In this document: piece after piece, positions 10,759-21,496 of the stretch
Position numbering within the stretch: position 1 is the first letter of the stretch
Layout of the letters: every line of letters begins with the position of its first letter
From: an uncultured Gemmataceae bacterium
GTDB taxonomy: Bacteria; Planctomycetota; Planctomycetia; Gemmatales; Gemmataceae
Assembly: GCA_963750165.1 (NCBI GenBank)
Contig: CAVVPN010000011.1
Location: 896,001-960,000 of the forward strand
Direction of reading: 5' to 3'
DNA: 64,000 bases
Notes under the pieces: generated by a model
Seen by the model: only the letters and a program-made list of their open reading frames with translations
Database searches by the model: none
What the model was told of the DNA's origin: nothing
Translations under genes and position numbers: made by a program

Positions 10759-11029
10759 CCGCCGTGGGCGAAGGTGCGGCTGCCGAAGTGGTGGACGAAC
10801 AGGTCCTTGCACACCGCCAGCGTGAACCCCACCCCTGCGCTCTCGCCACCCTCGCACCAGCCAGGGCGCCAAGCCCACTTCCCCCTTTTTCCCTCCGCCA
10901 CGCCCCTAGCCACTACAGCACGCTGAAACCGACGCGATACCGGCCGAGGGCGAAGAAACCGCTTGACCGAGCCGTCGGGCCGATCTACGGTCGGTCTCAT
11001 GCGGACGACTCTTAACTCCATTTCCAATC
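10759..11029. repeat. Inter-cassette repeat A, copy 1 (271 bp)
   Basis: Near-identical to 17356..17626; contains a minus-strand GT2-like 3' scrap (GFTLAVCKDLFVHHFGSRTF) and a promoter-like motif. Confidence 0.95.
10963..10991 (+). promoter_or_regulatory. Sigma70-like promoter candidate TTGACC-N17-TACGGT (second copy 17560..17588)
   Basis: Near-consensus hexamers with 17-bp spacing; ATG 7 nt downstream. Confidence 0.5.
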
Positions 11030-11153
11030 AGCCTTTTCGCGCTGCGAGTGCCGAGTCGTCCGCAAACCTCTTTGCGCCCGTAGCGCCGAGGTGCTGGAGC
11101 AAGCATAGGGAGGGAGCATGACCACAGCCCCATTTCAGGAAAGCGGAAAAAGG

Positions 11154-11309
11154 GACATTCATCATTTCCAAACCTGAACGTCCTGGGTTCCGCTGCGCGG
11201 CCGGCAAGGCGCTCAAGGTAGGGGTTCGTAAATGGTTGAGCGCCTTGCGTCCTCGAAAAGCTTCACAACGGTAGCGCCCGGCACGCAAAGACTTCACTGG
11301 ACACGCTCA
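11154..11309. repeat. Inter-cassette repeat B, copy 1 (156 bp) with 13-bp hairpin stem
   Basis: Diverged copy at 17153..17308; GCAAGGCGCTCAA (11204-11216) pairs with TTGAGCGCCTTGC (11236-11248). Confidence 0.9.
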
Positions 11310-14300
11310 TCCGCCCTGCGCCGCTTGACCGTGACCATCGACGCGCTGTCGGCCCGCTCCACGAGTCTGTACGACGCGCAGGGCAACCTGACGGGCACGC
11401 AGGACTTCAACGGCACGCTCACGGCCTACCTGTTCGACACGCTCAACCGCGCCAGCGTCGCCATCGACGGCAACGGCGGCCGCACCACCACCCTGTATGA
11501 TTCCGCCGGGAATGTCACGGGGGTGGACGACAGCGACGGCCACCTGACGCAGTACCTGCTCGACGCCGACGGCCGCGTCACCGGCACCGTCTACTTCGAC
11601 GGCCTGCGGACCACCACGGTGTACGACGCGGCGGGGAACGTCACGCTGCAGACCGACATCTACAGCCGCGCCACGACGATGCAGTACGACGCGCTGAACC
11701 GCGTGACCCTGAGCGTGGACGCGGAACACACGACCACCAACCTGTACGACGCCGCCGGCAACCTGACGGGCACCTACGACTACGGCGGCAACCTGATGGC
11801 GTACCTGTACGACGGCCTGAACCGCGTCACGCTCAGCATCGACGGCGGCGGCCACAGCACGACGACGCTGTACGACCACGCCGGCAACGCCACCAGCGTC
11901 GACGTCGGCGGCGACCAGACCCAGTACCTCTTCGACAACCTGAACCGGGCCACGGTGACCATCGACGCGCTGGGCCAGCGCACCACCAGCGTCTTCGACG
12001 CGGCGGGCAACCTGACGGAAATGACCGACCCGGACCTGAACGTCACCACCTTCACCTACGACGCCGACGAGCGCCAGGTGACGCAGACCGACCCGTTCGG
12101 GCACACCACCACCTACGCCTACAACGCCGCCGGGCTGCTGACCGACACGACCGACCGGCTGGGCCGGCAGATCCAGTACAGTTACGACGCCGACGACCGC
12201 GTGACGGGGCAGACCTGGGTCGCCTCCGACGGCACCACGGTGGACCAGCTGCTGACCTTCACCTACGACGGCGACGGCAACGAGTTGACATCGCAGAGCG
12301 CCAGCGGCACGTACACGCTGAGCTACGACGGGCTGGGCCGGGTGACGGGGGTGCTGGAGCCGTTCAGCCAGCGGCTGACGTTCAGCTACGACGCGCGCGG
12401 CAACCGCACGGTGGTGCAGGACAGCCAGGGCGGCTTGACGACCTCGACGTATGACGACAACAACCAGTTGGTGGAGCTGGACCAGACGACGAGCGGGTCG
12501 GCGCCGCTGCGCGTCAACCTGACGTACAACCAGTTGGGGCAGAACGAGGGCATCACGCGCTACAACAGCCTGGACGGGCTGGCGACCGAGGTGGTGGCCT
12601 CGACCAGCATCACCTACGACGTGTACGGGCGGGAGACCAACATCCACCAGGTAGACGGCAGCGGCACGAACCTCACCAACGTCACGTACACCTATGACGC
12701 GCAGGGGTGGGTGAGTACGCAGACGCGCGACAGCACCACGGTGACGTACACCTACGACGCCGACGGGCAGCTGACGGGGGACGGCGCCACCACGGTGACG
12801 TACGACGACAACGGCAACCGCAACAACGGCTCGAACACGCCGGGCACGGCCAACCAACTGACGACGGACGGGACGTGGGACTACACCTACGACCTGGAGG
12901 GCAACGAGACCAAGAAGGTGAACGTCGGCACCGGCGAGACCTGGACTTACGGCTACGACGAGCGCAACGAACTGCAGTGGGCGGACGACCGGGTTACGGA
13001 CGGGGGCACCTTGATTTCGCAGACGACGTTCGAGTATGATGCGCACGGCAACCGGATCGAGCAGGAGGTGCAGGACGGCAGCGGGACCTCGGTGCAGCAG
13101 TACGCGCTGGACGGCTGGAACCCGGCGCTGGCGGGGGCCACGGGGAACGCCAACTGGAACGTGTGGGCCGACATCGACGGGCTGAAGCTGGAGCTGGAGT
13201 CGAAGTACCTGCGCGGCGACGGGGTGGACCAAATCTTCGCGCGGGTGGATAAGACCCTCTCGACGTACACGCCGTACTGGACGCTGACGGACCACCTGGG
13301 GTCGGTGATCGCGGTGACGGACGACAGCGGCACCGTGCAGGCGAGCGTCCACTACGACGGCTGGGGCAAGGCCACGATCACGGGGAGCGACACGGCGGCG
13401 CTGGGCCGCTACCAGTGGACCGGGCGCGAGTACGACGCCGAGACGAAGCTGCAGTACAACCGGGCACGCTACTACGACGCCGGCACCGGGCGCTGGATGA
13501 GCCAGGACCCGCTGGGGTTCGACGCGGGGGATAGCAACCTGTATCGGTATGTGAGTAACTCCCCTGTGGAATCAACTGATCCCGCTGGCTTGAAGCCGTT
13601 CATTCCCAGAACCGTGGACAATTTCGGGGTTATAGTTACAACAAACATCGACGGAAAGGTGTACAGGAACGACCGTTTGGATCCGAAAAAAACCGGTGGT
13701 TTTGGTGGGGAAGTTATTGTATCCCCCAATGCTCTCGTTGACGGCAAAACCAAAGTGGCATTCGTTGCTTACAACAACAACACGCAGGCCGAAAATGTGA
13801 GGTGGATTCAATTGTTCAGAATCTATATCAGGCCTGTGATCAAGGCGAAAGTTGGGGGTAAGGACATCGAAGTGCTTGGGAAGGGGACGGTCAAACTCGC
13901 AATTCCTGACTTTACTGGAAACTGGGGGAAGCCATTCCTTACTTCTGCATACGATCGTGACGCTCCTGCAAATAACACTTTCAAGTATTACGTCGATGTC
14001 GTCGCCAAAGACGCAAAGTCGCCTTATTACTTTGATGATACAGAGGGAAAGGGCCGGACTTATCTTGGCAAATATGGGGGCACATTGAGTTGGATCGCGG
14101 ATACACCTACGATCGTGGATAGGTGGGCGAAGCTATTGAAAGACCTCCAGAATCAACGTGGGCAACTTCCGAAAGGGGTTCAGACGAACGTTGTGTGGAT
14201 GCAATTTGATGATTTTGCCGTTTCTGCAAAAACAAATGAAGCCTTCGCTCATGTTGGCTGGGCGGCTTACAGCAGTCTTGATAACATCGGACAAAAGAAC

Positions 14301-14364
14301 CTCGTGGATGAAATGGATGGCAACAATAAAACGTTGATGCTTGATGGCACCAGGAATATCATTA

Positions 14365-15751
14365 GGCAGCCGTTCAAAATTAGTCCGCAGCTTACACCTG
14401 GGTGCTGATGTTAGAATATTGTCCAACGTGGCTTGATGGTGTAATTCCAACTGGGGCAGACGGCATGCCTTTGGAGGCGCCACGTCTGCATTTCTGCGTC
14501 CGGCACCTTGACCCCCTTCGCGTACTCCGCGTCCAGCAACGTCGCACGTACCGCCCAACCGGCGTCCGTCTCCGTGCCCCGGATGCAGGCCAACAGCGTC
14601 TCCACGGTTCGCAGCGGCTCCCCCGCCCAGTTGACGCTGATGCGGCTGAACAGCCGGTGCTCCACCGGGTTCCACTTCGACGCCCCCCGCGGGTAATGGC
14701 ACACCGTCACCCACAGCCCCCAGCGGTCGGCCAACTCCTCCTGGAGGCGCTGTTTCCACAACCGCACGCGGCAACTGTTGCTCCCGCCCGCGTCGCACAG
14801 GATCAGCAACTCGTCGGCCTGCGGGTACCACAGCCGTCCCTCGCCGCGCCACCACCGGCCGATCACGTCCCCCGCGAACGCCGCGGTGTCGGCGGACAAC
14901 CCCACGTAGACATGGCCGCGGTCCTGGCGCACGTCGTAGACCCCGTAGGGGACGGCCCGGCCCAAGGCGTCGTCCAGGAAGTCGTGGGCGTTGACCTCCG
15001 TGGCGCGCCGGCACCACTGCCGCCCTGCATTCTTGAAGTTGCCGATCAACTCCTTTTTCTTGCTGTCCACGCTGATCACCGGCTGGCCGAGGATGGCGAA
15101 GCGGCGCCGCTGCCCGGCGATGTACGCGAACTGCCGGTCCCGGTCTGGGTGAGGCGGGCCGGTGAAGCGCTTGCGGTTGGCCTTGAGCGAATAGCCCAGG
15201 TCGTCCAACAGGCGATAGACCGTGGCGGGGCTGACGGCGAAGCCTTGGCCTTGCAACCGCGTGCTCAGGTAGGCGACGCTGTGGCGCACCCACTTCTGAC
15301 AGGTTTGCGGGCTGCCGGCGGTCTGCTCCTCAACCAGCTGCCTCAAAGCGTTCATGAGGCCCGGCACTTTTTTTTCACAGCGGGCCGTCCTGCCCCGGGC
15401 CGGCGGATGCGATCCGGGGGGCAGTCCCGCAGGGAGTCCTCGAGTTCCCGGCGACCGCGCCGGATGGTTTCCACGTTCAGGCCGGTGATGAGGGACAGTA
15501 GGCGGTCGCCGCCGCGGCCGACCTTCTGGGACTCCCAGGCTGCCAACCACCGGCGTTGGTGCTCATCCAACCGGCTCAGGAGAAGGTTGAGCCGGTAATG
15601 GAGGGCGCGTTCGGGGTGGTCCGCACCTTGTCGGCAGTGAGGGCATTGGCATTGGTGGATGTCCACGGCTCTGCCTCCCTTCCAAACCAGGCCCCCGGTT
15701 GGGCCAGGGTTATTGTAGAAGGGAACTGCGGATTAATTTTGAAACGTTGCC
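14365..15751 (-). mobile_element. ISAzo13-family insertion sequence
   Basis: Imperfect TIRs GGCAGCCGTTCAAAATTAGTCCGCAG / CTGCGGATTAATTTTGAAACGTTGCC; 3-bp TSD TTA at 14362-14364 and 15752-15754. Confidence 0.92.
14411..15666 (-). CDS. ISAzo13 transposase (two ORFs joined by a -1 frameshift at an A-run near 15370)
   Basis: ISVDSKKKELIGNFKNAG, CDAGGSN, HYPRGASKWNPVEHRLFS motifs; orfA 15352..15666. Confidence 0.9.
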
Positions 15752-15971
15752 TTACTTTCGCCCCCACCCCAATCAAGGCGAATGACATCAACGCATTCCA
15801 GGACGCAATGATGCCAAGCGGAAAAACATTAAAAGACTCCTTTTCAATCGGATGGAGCCGATTGAAATGAGTGCAGCAGCCTCTAAACAATTTCAGGAGG
15901 TTCCGGCGAATCAAATGCCATTCAGCAAAGAACCAGATGTTCCTTGTTTCCAAAGCAACTGAGGTACACTA

Positions 15972-17027
15972 ATGCATCTTTTTCTTATCTGTTTGTTTTT
16001 CTTGTGCCGCCTCGTCGATGTGTATTCGAGTGCAAAGCCTCCTGCACCAGCAGTTTCATTGAATTTGGGTGCCGAAGTTTATTCAATTTCATGGCGCTGG
16101 GATCGAACAATTGCGGTATTAGTAAAAAGTGGGCAAATCCACGTCGCGAATCTGACCAATCAGAACAAATATACCATGAACCCGTTCAATGGCGAGTTGT
16201 CAGCTCGCCGGATGATTGCGTTTAGCCCGGATGGCAGGATGCTTGCTATGTGCGGGAATCAAGCAGAAGTCTGTGTGTTGGAATTTTATTCCGGAAAAAT
16301 GCGCCACAATCTATTGGGTCACGACAGAAACAGCACGGTCATTTGCGTTGCATTTTCACAGGACGGAAAGCTGCTTGCATCGGCAGGATCGGATCACACA
16401 ATCAGAGTATGGGATGCATTGACAGGAAAAGAATTATCATGCTTGAAGGGCCATGAGTCCTTTATTTGCGACGTTACGTTCGCCGATAATGGGCTTTTGG
16501 TTTCAGCAAGTCATGATAATACTATTAAGGTTTGGCAACCGCTCAATGGCAGTGAAATTGCTACGCTCAAAGGCCACTGCCATAATGTTGTGTCCGTTGC
16601 AGCTTCGGTCAATTCCAAGGTGATCTTGTCAGGCTCGCACGATAATACGATTAAAGTGTGGAGTACTACGACGAAGAAAGAGCTCTACACATTTCATAAA
16701 CATCGCAGCACTCCGTATAGCATCGCGTGCTCGCCCACAACACCAATTGCTGCTTCAGGAAGTGAAGACGGCGTGGTGCGGATTTGGGACATCAAAACTG
16801 GCAAAGAAATCACCAACTTGAAGCACTCTGGCACGGTTAATTCAGTGTGCTTTTCACTGGACGGACAGTTTCTTGCCACTGGATCTTCGGATGGTACAGT
16901 GAGGATCTGGAATGTTAGATCTTTCCTTGAAGAAAGAAAAAGTGTTAGGACCGAATGGCACAGGGACGAAAAGGGGACGAAGGGGACGGGCACATTAAAC
17001 AGGGAAAACAAAGGGGGCGGGAGCTAG
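15972..17027 (+). CDS. WD40-repeat protein with probable signal peptide; immunity candidate for Rhs module 2
   Basis: About 6-7 GH...WD repeats (LASAGSDHTIRVWD); hydrophobic N-terminus; AT-rich like the Rhs tip. Confidence 0.88.
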   Translation: MHLFLICLFFLCRLVDVYSSAKPPAPAVSLNLGAEVYSISWRWDRTIAVLVKSGQIHVANLTNQNKYTMNPFNGELSARRMIAFSPDGRMLAMCGNQAEVCVLEFYSGKMRHNLLGHDRNSTVICVAFSQDGKLLASAGSDHTIRVWDALTGKELSCLKGHESFICDVTFADNGLLVSASHDNTIKVWQPLNGSEIATLKGHCHNVVSVAASVNSKVILSGSHDNTIKVWSTTTKKELYTFHKHRSTPYSIACSPTTPIAASGSEDGVVRIWDIKTGKEITNLKHSGTVNSVCFSLDGQFLATGSSDGTVRIWNVRSFLEERKSVRTEWHRDEKGTKGTGTLNRENKGGGS

Positions 17028-17035
17028 AGGGGAAA

Positions 17036-17107
17036 GCGACTGTCTTGAAATGCCGGGGTTGTTATGCTCGAGAGATAGCGAAAACCCCGGCATTTCAAGA
17101 CAGTCGC
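17036..17107. mobile_element. 72-bp MITE-like element (perfect 25-bp inverted repeats, 22-bp spacer)
   Basis: GCGACTGTCTTGAAATGCCGGGGTT (17036-17060) / AACCCCGGCATTTCAAGACAGTCGC (17083-17107). Confidence 0.6.
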
Positions 17108-17152
17108 CTTTGAGTTCGCCCCTCCAACACCAGGTCGGCGAACATACAAGGT

Positions 17153-17308
17153 GACATTCATCATTTCCAATCCTGCACGGCCTGGATTCCGCTGCGCGGC
17201 CGGCAAGGCGCTCACGGCAGGGGTTCGTAAATGGTTGAGCGCCTTGCGTCCCCGATAGGCTCCACAACGGTAGCGCCTGGCACGCACAGACTTCACGGGA
17301 CCCGCTCA
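17153..17308. repeat. Inter-cassette repeat B, copy 2
   Basis: Aligns colinearly with 11154..11309; hairpin stem conserved. Confidence 0.9.
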
Positions 17309-17355
17309 ATCGTCCTGCATCAGTACTGCGTCAGCGGTCTCCGGCCGGTGCCGAA

Positions 17356-17626
17356 CCGCCGTGGGCGAAAGTGCGGCTGCCGAAGTGGTGGACGAAGAGG
17401 TCCTTGCACACCGCCAGCGTGAACCCCGCCCCTGCGCTCTCGCCACCCTCGCACCAGCCAGGGCGCCAAGCCCACTTCCCCCTTTTTCCCTCCGCCACGC
17501 CCCTAGCCACTACAGCACGCTGAAACCGACGCGATACCGGCCGAGGGCGAAGAAACCGCTTGACCGAGCCGTCGGGCCGATCTACGGTCGGTCTCATGCG
17601 GACGACTCTTAACTCCATTTCCAATC
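17356..17626. repeat. Inter-cassette repeat A, copy 2, cut at its 3' end by IS66
   Basis: Near-identical to 10759..11029 up to TTCCAATC, followed directly by the IS66 end. Confidence 0.95.
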
Positions 17627-17732
17627 GTAAGCGCCCGGCCAATCACGTCGATTTGCCAAAAGCAAACGGCGTCCGCCCGTGGATCACTGCGATCCGCAGG
17701 CTGACGCCGTGTTTTTCTGGCTCCGTGTTTAC

Positions 17733-19314
17733 TCACCCGGCCCGGGCGGCACTGCCCGGTGATTCCCGGCCACGTCGCAGGAGCCACCGATCTGGCAGCC
17801 AGTCCAGTAATTGCTCTGCCGTTGGCTGCTCTCCCAACGCGAACATCCCCGGCAGCGCCTCGCGCAGATACCCGAACGGGTCGATGCCCAGGTGCTTACA
17901 CGTCCCTACCAGCGTGTGCAGCACCGCCGCCGTCTGACCCCCGGCCTCACTACCGAGCACGCCCCAGTTGTTCCGACCCAGGGCGATGGCCCGTAGCGTC
18001 CGCTCGCTCAGATTGTTGTCGATGGCCAGATACCCTTGCTCCAGGTAACGCGCCAGCGCCGCCCAGTTGTTCAAGGCATAGCCGATGGCCTGACCCAGCG
18101 CCGTCTTGGGCAAGGCCCGCGGACGCTCCTCGTCCAGCCACTGCTTCAGTGCGGCCAGGATCGGTTCGGCTTGCTGCTGGCGGCGCTGCCGGCGTTGCTC
18201 TTCGCGCTGGCGGCGCTGTTCCCGGGTGGCCGGCTCGTCCGCGGGCGGCAGCAACAACGGCAGGTCGCGCTCGATGGCGTACAACTGCCGGATGCGTTCC
18301 AGAGCCGCGTCGGCACGCGCGTCGCCCCCTTCGGCGGCCGCCACGAACTTGCGGCGGGCGTGCGCCCAGCAGCAGACGTGCTTGACCTTGTCCGCGCCGT
18401 ACAGCCCTTCGTACTGGGCCAGGGCGTCCGCCTGCAGATAGCCCCGGTAGCCTGCCAAAAAGGTCGTCGGCCCCGCCGCCGTGTAATCGGCGGTGAAGTC
18501 GAACACGGCATACGGGGAGTCGGCGTCGCCGATGCCCACCCACAGGTGCGCCTTGCGGGTCCGATCCGCCCCCGGCACGCGCAACTTCACCGTCGTGTCG
18601 TCGCCGTGGATCACCCGCGCGAGCAACAGGCGTTGGTGCATCAGCTGGTACAGCGGGTCGAGCAAAGCCGCTGCCCCGGCCAGCCAGTCGCCCAGCGTGG
18701 ACCGCGCCACGGTGACGCCGGAGCGACCGAGTTGCCCGGTCAGGCGGTGCAGCGGCGTGGGGTCGGCGAACTTGGCCGTGATGACGTGGGCCAACAGACC
18801 GGGGCCGCACAACCCCTTGGCGAGCGGCCCGACTTGCTCCGGCCCGGCCGTCTGCAAGCGCTGCTCGACCGGCACACAGGCCGGGTCGCAGTGCTGGCAG
18901 GCATAGGTCTTCTTGACGGTGCGGCGCACGAAGAAGCGGGCCGGCTCCAGGTCCAGTTGCTCGGCCGTTTGCGTACCGATGCACACCCGCCCTTGGCCGC
19001 AGCAAGGGCAGAGCTTCTCCGCCTCGGTCAAGTCGTGGACCACCTCGCGGCGCTCCAGGTGTTCGGGCAACGCGGCGCGGCCGTGCTCGTCGCGGCGTGG
19101 CTTGGGCTGGTCCTCGTCACGCGTCTTGGGCTGGGGCCGGCGGCGTTCCGAGCGGCGGCCGAAGCGGTGCTGGAGCGCCTGGTCGAGCTTGCTCTTGAGT
19201 TCCGCGTTCTCGGCGCAGCCGGGCCACTTCCGCGAGCAGTTCGCGGATCAGGGCTTGCAGCGCCGCCACGTCATCGGGCAACGGAGCATCGGGAGGGAAG
19301 GAGGAGGCGTCCAT
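17733..19314 (-). CDS. tnpC: IS66 transposase TnpC (frameshift near 19215)
   Basis: FGRRSE, CPCCG zinc finger, HGDDT, CWAHARRKF, IDNNLSER motifs. Confidence 0.9.
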
Positions 19315-19354
19315 GCCTGGTGAAACCCCGGCGCAGCTGCCGGGTAGCGGTGGC

Positions 19355-19708
19355 TCAGCGCGGCGGCGTGAAGCGCTTGAAGCGGCGGACGCGGGACAGG
19401 TCGATGCCGTCGAGGATCATCTGGAACTGGCCGGCGGTCAAGGCGACGCTCGTGCTGTCGGCGGCTGCCTCGGGGAAGTGGTAGCGGCCCGCCTCCAGGC
19501 GCTGGCAGAACAGGCACAGGCCGTGCCCGCCCCAGTACAGCACCTTGAGGCGGTCGGCGTTCTTGTTGCGGAAGATGAAGAGGTGGCCGGACAGCGGGTC
19601 GGCCTGGAGGCGGTTGCGCACCAGGGCGAACAGGCCATCGAAGCCGAGGCGCATATCGACGGCATCGGGGCAGTACCACAGTTGAACGGCGGGAGAGAAG
19701 CTCAGCAC
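19355..19708 (-). CDS. tnpB: IS66 accessory protein TnpB
   Basis: VDMRLGFDGL, GHLFIFRNK, KVLYW, RLEAGRY motifs. Confidence 0.92.
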   Translation of the reverse strand: MLSFSPAVQLWYCPDAVDMRLGFDGLFALVRNRLQADPLSGHLFIFRNKNADRLKVLYWGGHGLCLFCQRLEAGRYHFPEAAADSTSVALTAGQFQMILDGIDLSRVRRFKRFTPPR

Positions 19709-20080
19709 GGCAGCACTCCCAACAAGCGGAGCAAGGAGCCGAGGGTGGCCGCATCGGCGCCAGGGCCGAGGCGCAGGACGGCGCCGCCGGGCAGGACCAA
19801 CTCGATGGCCGGGGTCTGGTCGGCGAGGCGCACGGGCAGCAAGCGCGGGCCGGCTTCCGGCCGGGAAAACTCTGGGCCGGCAGAGAGGTTCTGTGCGGCG
19901 AGGCGGCGCTTCCAGAGGTAAAAGGAGGCGACGGAGACGCCCTCGGCGGCGCAGAACTGAGCGGTGGTCAGGCCGGCGGCGGCGAAGCGGGCGAGGCGCT
20001 CGGCCCAGGTCTGGCGGACGGCGTCACGGGAGGCGCGGGGAGTGAGGGACTTCGGTCGGAGCAAGAATCGGTTCGGACAT
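19702..20080 (-). CDS. tnpA: IS66 accessory protein TnpA (start uncertain, probable indel near 20070)
   Basis: W..RL.RF...GLT.AQFCAAEGVSVASFYLWKRRL HTH, IELVLPGG; ATG at 20080 with GGAGG RBS is out of frame. Confidence 0.82.
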
Positions 20081-20155
20081 GGGAGACCTCCAGAGGATCG
20101 GGCGACCCCTCCAAGGTACTCATCTCGTCAAGGACGTGATCCGCCGGGCGGGTAC

Positions 20156-21496
20156 CTTCCTGCCGCCCCTCTGGCAAGCCTGCACCGCACGGCTGGCCGC
20201 CTTGCTGCACGGCCGCCACGCCTGGCGCCTCCAGGTCCTGTTGCGCGGCGCCCTCTTCGCCCGGGGCCGGCGCACCGTCACCAGTTGGCTGCGCGCCGCC
20301 GGCGTCGGCCTCGGCTTCGCCGCCTACTACTACTTCCTGGCCGCGTTGGGCCGCCACGCCCGGTTGGCTGGCCGGGCTGCTGCTCGGCCATGCCCGGCGT
20401 CACCTGGCCCCGGCCGGGCCGCTGCTGTTCGCCCTGGACGACAGCCCGACGAAGCGCTACGGCCCCCAGGTGCAGGGGGCCGGCCACCACCACCACCCCA
20501 CGCCCGGGCCGACCGACCAGCGCTTCCTGTACGGCCACGTCTGGGTCACCCTGGCCTGGGTGGTCACCCACCCGCTCTGGGGTGCGATCGGCCTGCCACT
20601 CCGCGCCCTGCTCTACGTCCGCCAGAAGGACGTGCCGCGTTTGCCCGAGCGCTGCCGCTGGGCCTTCCGCACCAAGTTGGTGTTGGCCGCCGAACTGCTC
20701 CGTTGGGCCGCCGACCAGGTCCGTGCCGCGGGCCGGGTCGTGCGCTGTGTGGCCGATGGCGCCTACGCCAAGCGGCCGTTCCTGCGCGCCGCCGCGGCCG
20801 CCGGGGTCGTGGTCGTCAGCCGGCTGCGCCGGGAGGCGGCCCTGCGCACCCTGCCGCTGCCGCGCGGGCGGCGGCGCGGCCGGCCGCCGGTGTACGGCAC
20901 GGGGCGGATCAGCCTGGCCAAGCGCGCCGGCCAGAAGCGCGGCTGGCAGGTCGTGCAGGCGCACCAGTACGGCCAGGTCCGGGACAAGCGCATCAAGACG
21001 TTCGAGGCGACCTGGCGGCCGGCGGGCGGCCGCCTCCGCGTCGTGCTGGTCCAGGAGGAGCACGGCTGGCTGGCGCTGTTCAGCACCGACCCGAGCCTGA
21101 CCGCCGAGCAGATCCTGGGCCTGGCGGCGGAGCGGTTCAGCATCGAGCAGGACTTCCACGACCTGAAGGAAGTCGAAGGGCTGGGCCAGCAGCAGTTGCG
21201 GGACCTCTGGGCGAACGTGGGGGCGTTCCACGTCTGCGCCTGGGTGCACACGCTGACGGAGCTGTGGGCCTGGGGCCAGCCGCGGGAGGCGCTCTGTGAC
21301 CGCAGCGCCTCGCCGTGGGACGACCCGGAGCGGCGGCCTTCGCACGCCGACCGGCGCAAGGCGTTGCAGCGGCAGTGCCTCGGCCAGGAATTTATGCAGC
21401 TGACCGAGGGCCAACCCCTGACGCCAGAAATCCAACAGTTCGTCCGGCGCGTGATCCATCATGCGGCCTGATGTTAGCTCTTTTCAGAAAGTGCAG
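20156..21496 (+). mobile_element. IS701-like element, left end removed by IS66; transposase 20156..21471 with frameshift near 20365
   Basis: ARGRRTVTSWLRAAG, ALDDSPTKRYGP, VADGAY, RFSIEQDFHDLKEV; probable right end TTTCAGAAAGTGCAG at 21496. Confidence 0.82.

Larger units (their letters stand above)
11328..15870 (+). pseudogene. Orphan Rhs core with C-terminal tip (module 2), interrupted by an ISAzo13 element
   Basis: YD repeats, core highly similar to module 1, DPAGL at 13578-13592, unrelated tip; removing the IS restores the frame to the stop at 15870. Confidence 0.9.
17627..20155 (-). mobile_element. IS66-family insertion sequence (tnpA-tnpB-tnpC)
   Basis: TIRs GTAAGCGCCCGGCCAATCACGTC and (reverse complement) GTACCCGCCCGGCGGATCACGTC; three typical ORFs; no TSD. 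Confidence 0.92.

Noticed and set aside
10743..11027. Functional 94-aa gene in repeat A (and 17331..17642)
   Set aside because: Only the last ~30 codons resemble a glycosyltransferase family 2 C-terminus; the rest overlaps a promoter-like region
11232..11327. Start codon of Rhs2 at 11232
   Set aside because: Lies inside non-coding repeat B (the same frame exists in copy 2 with no Rhs); Rhs-like sequence begins near 11328
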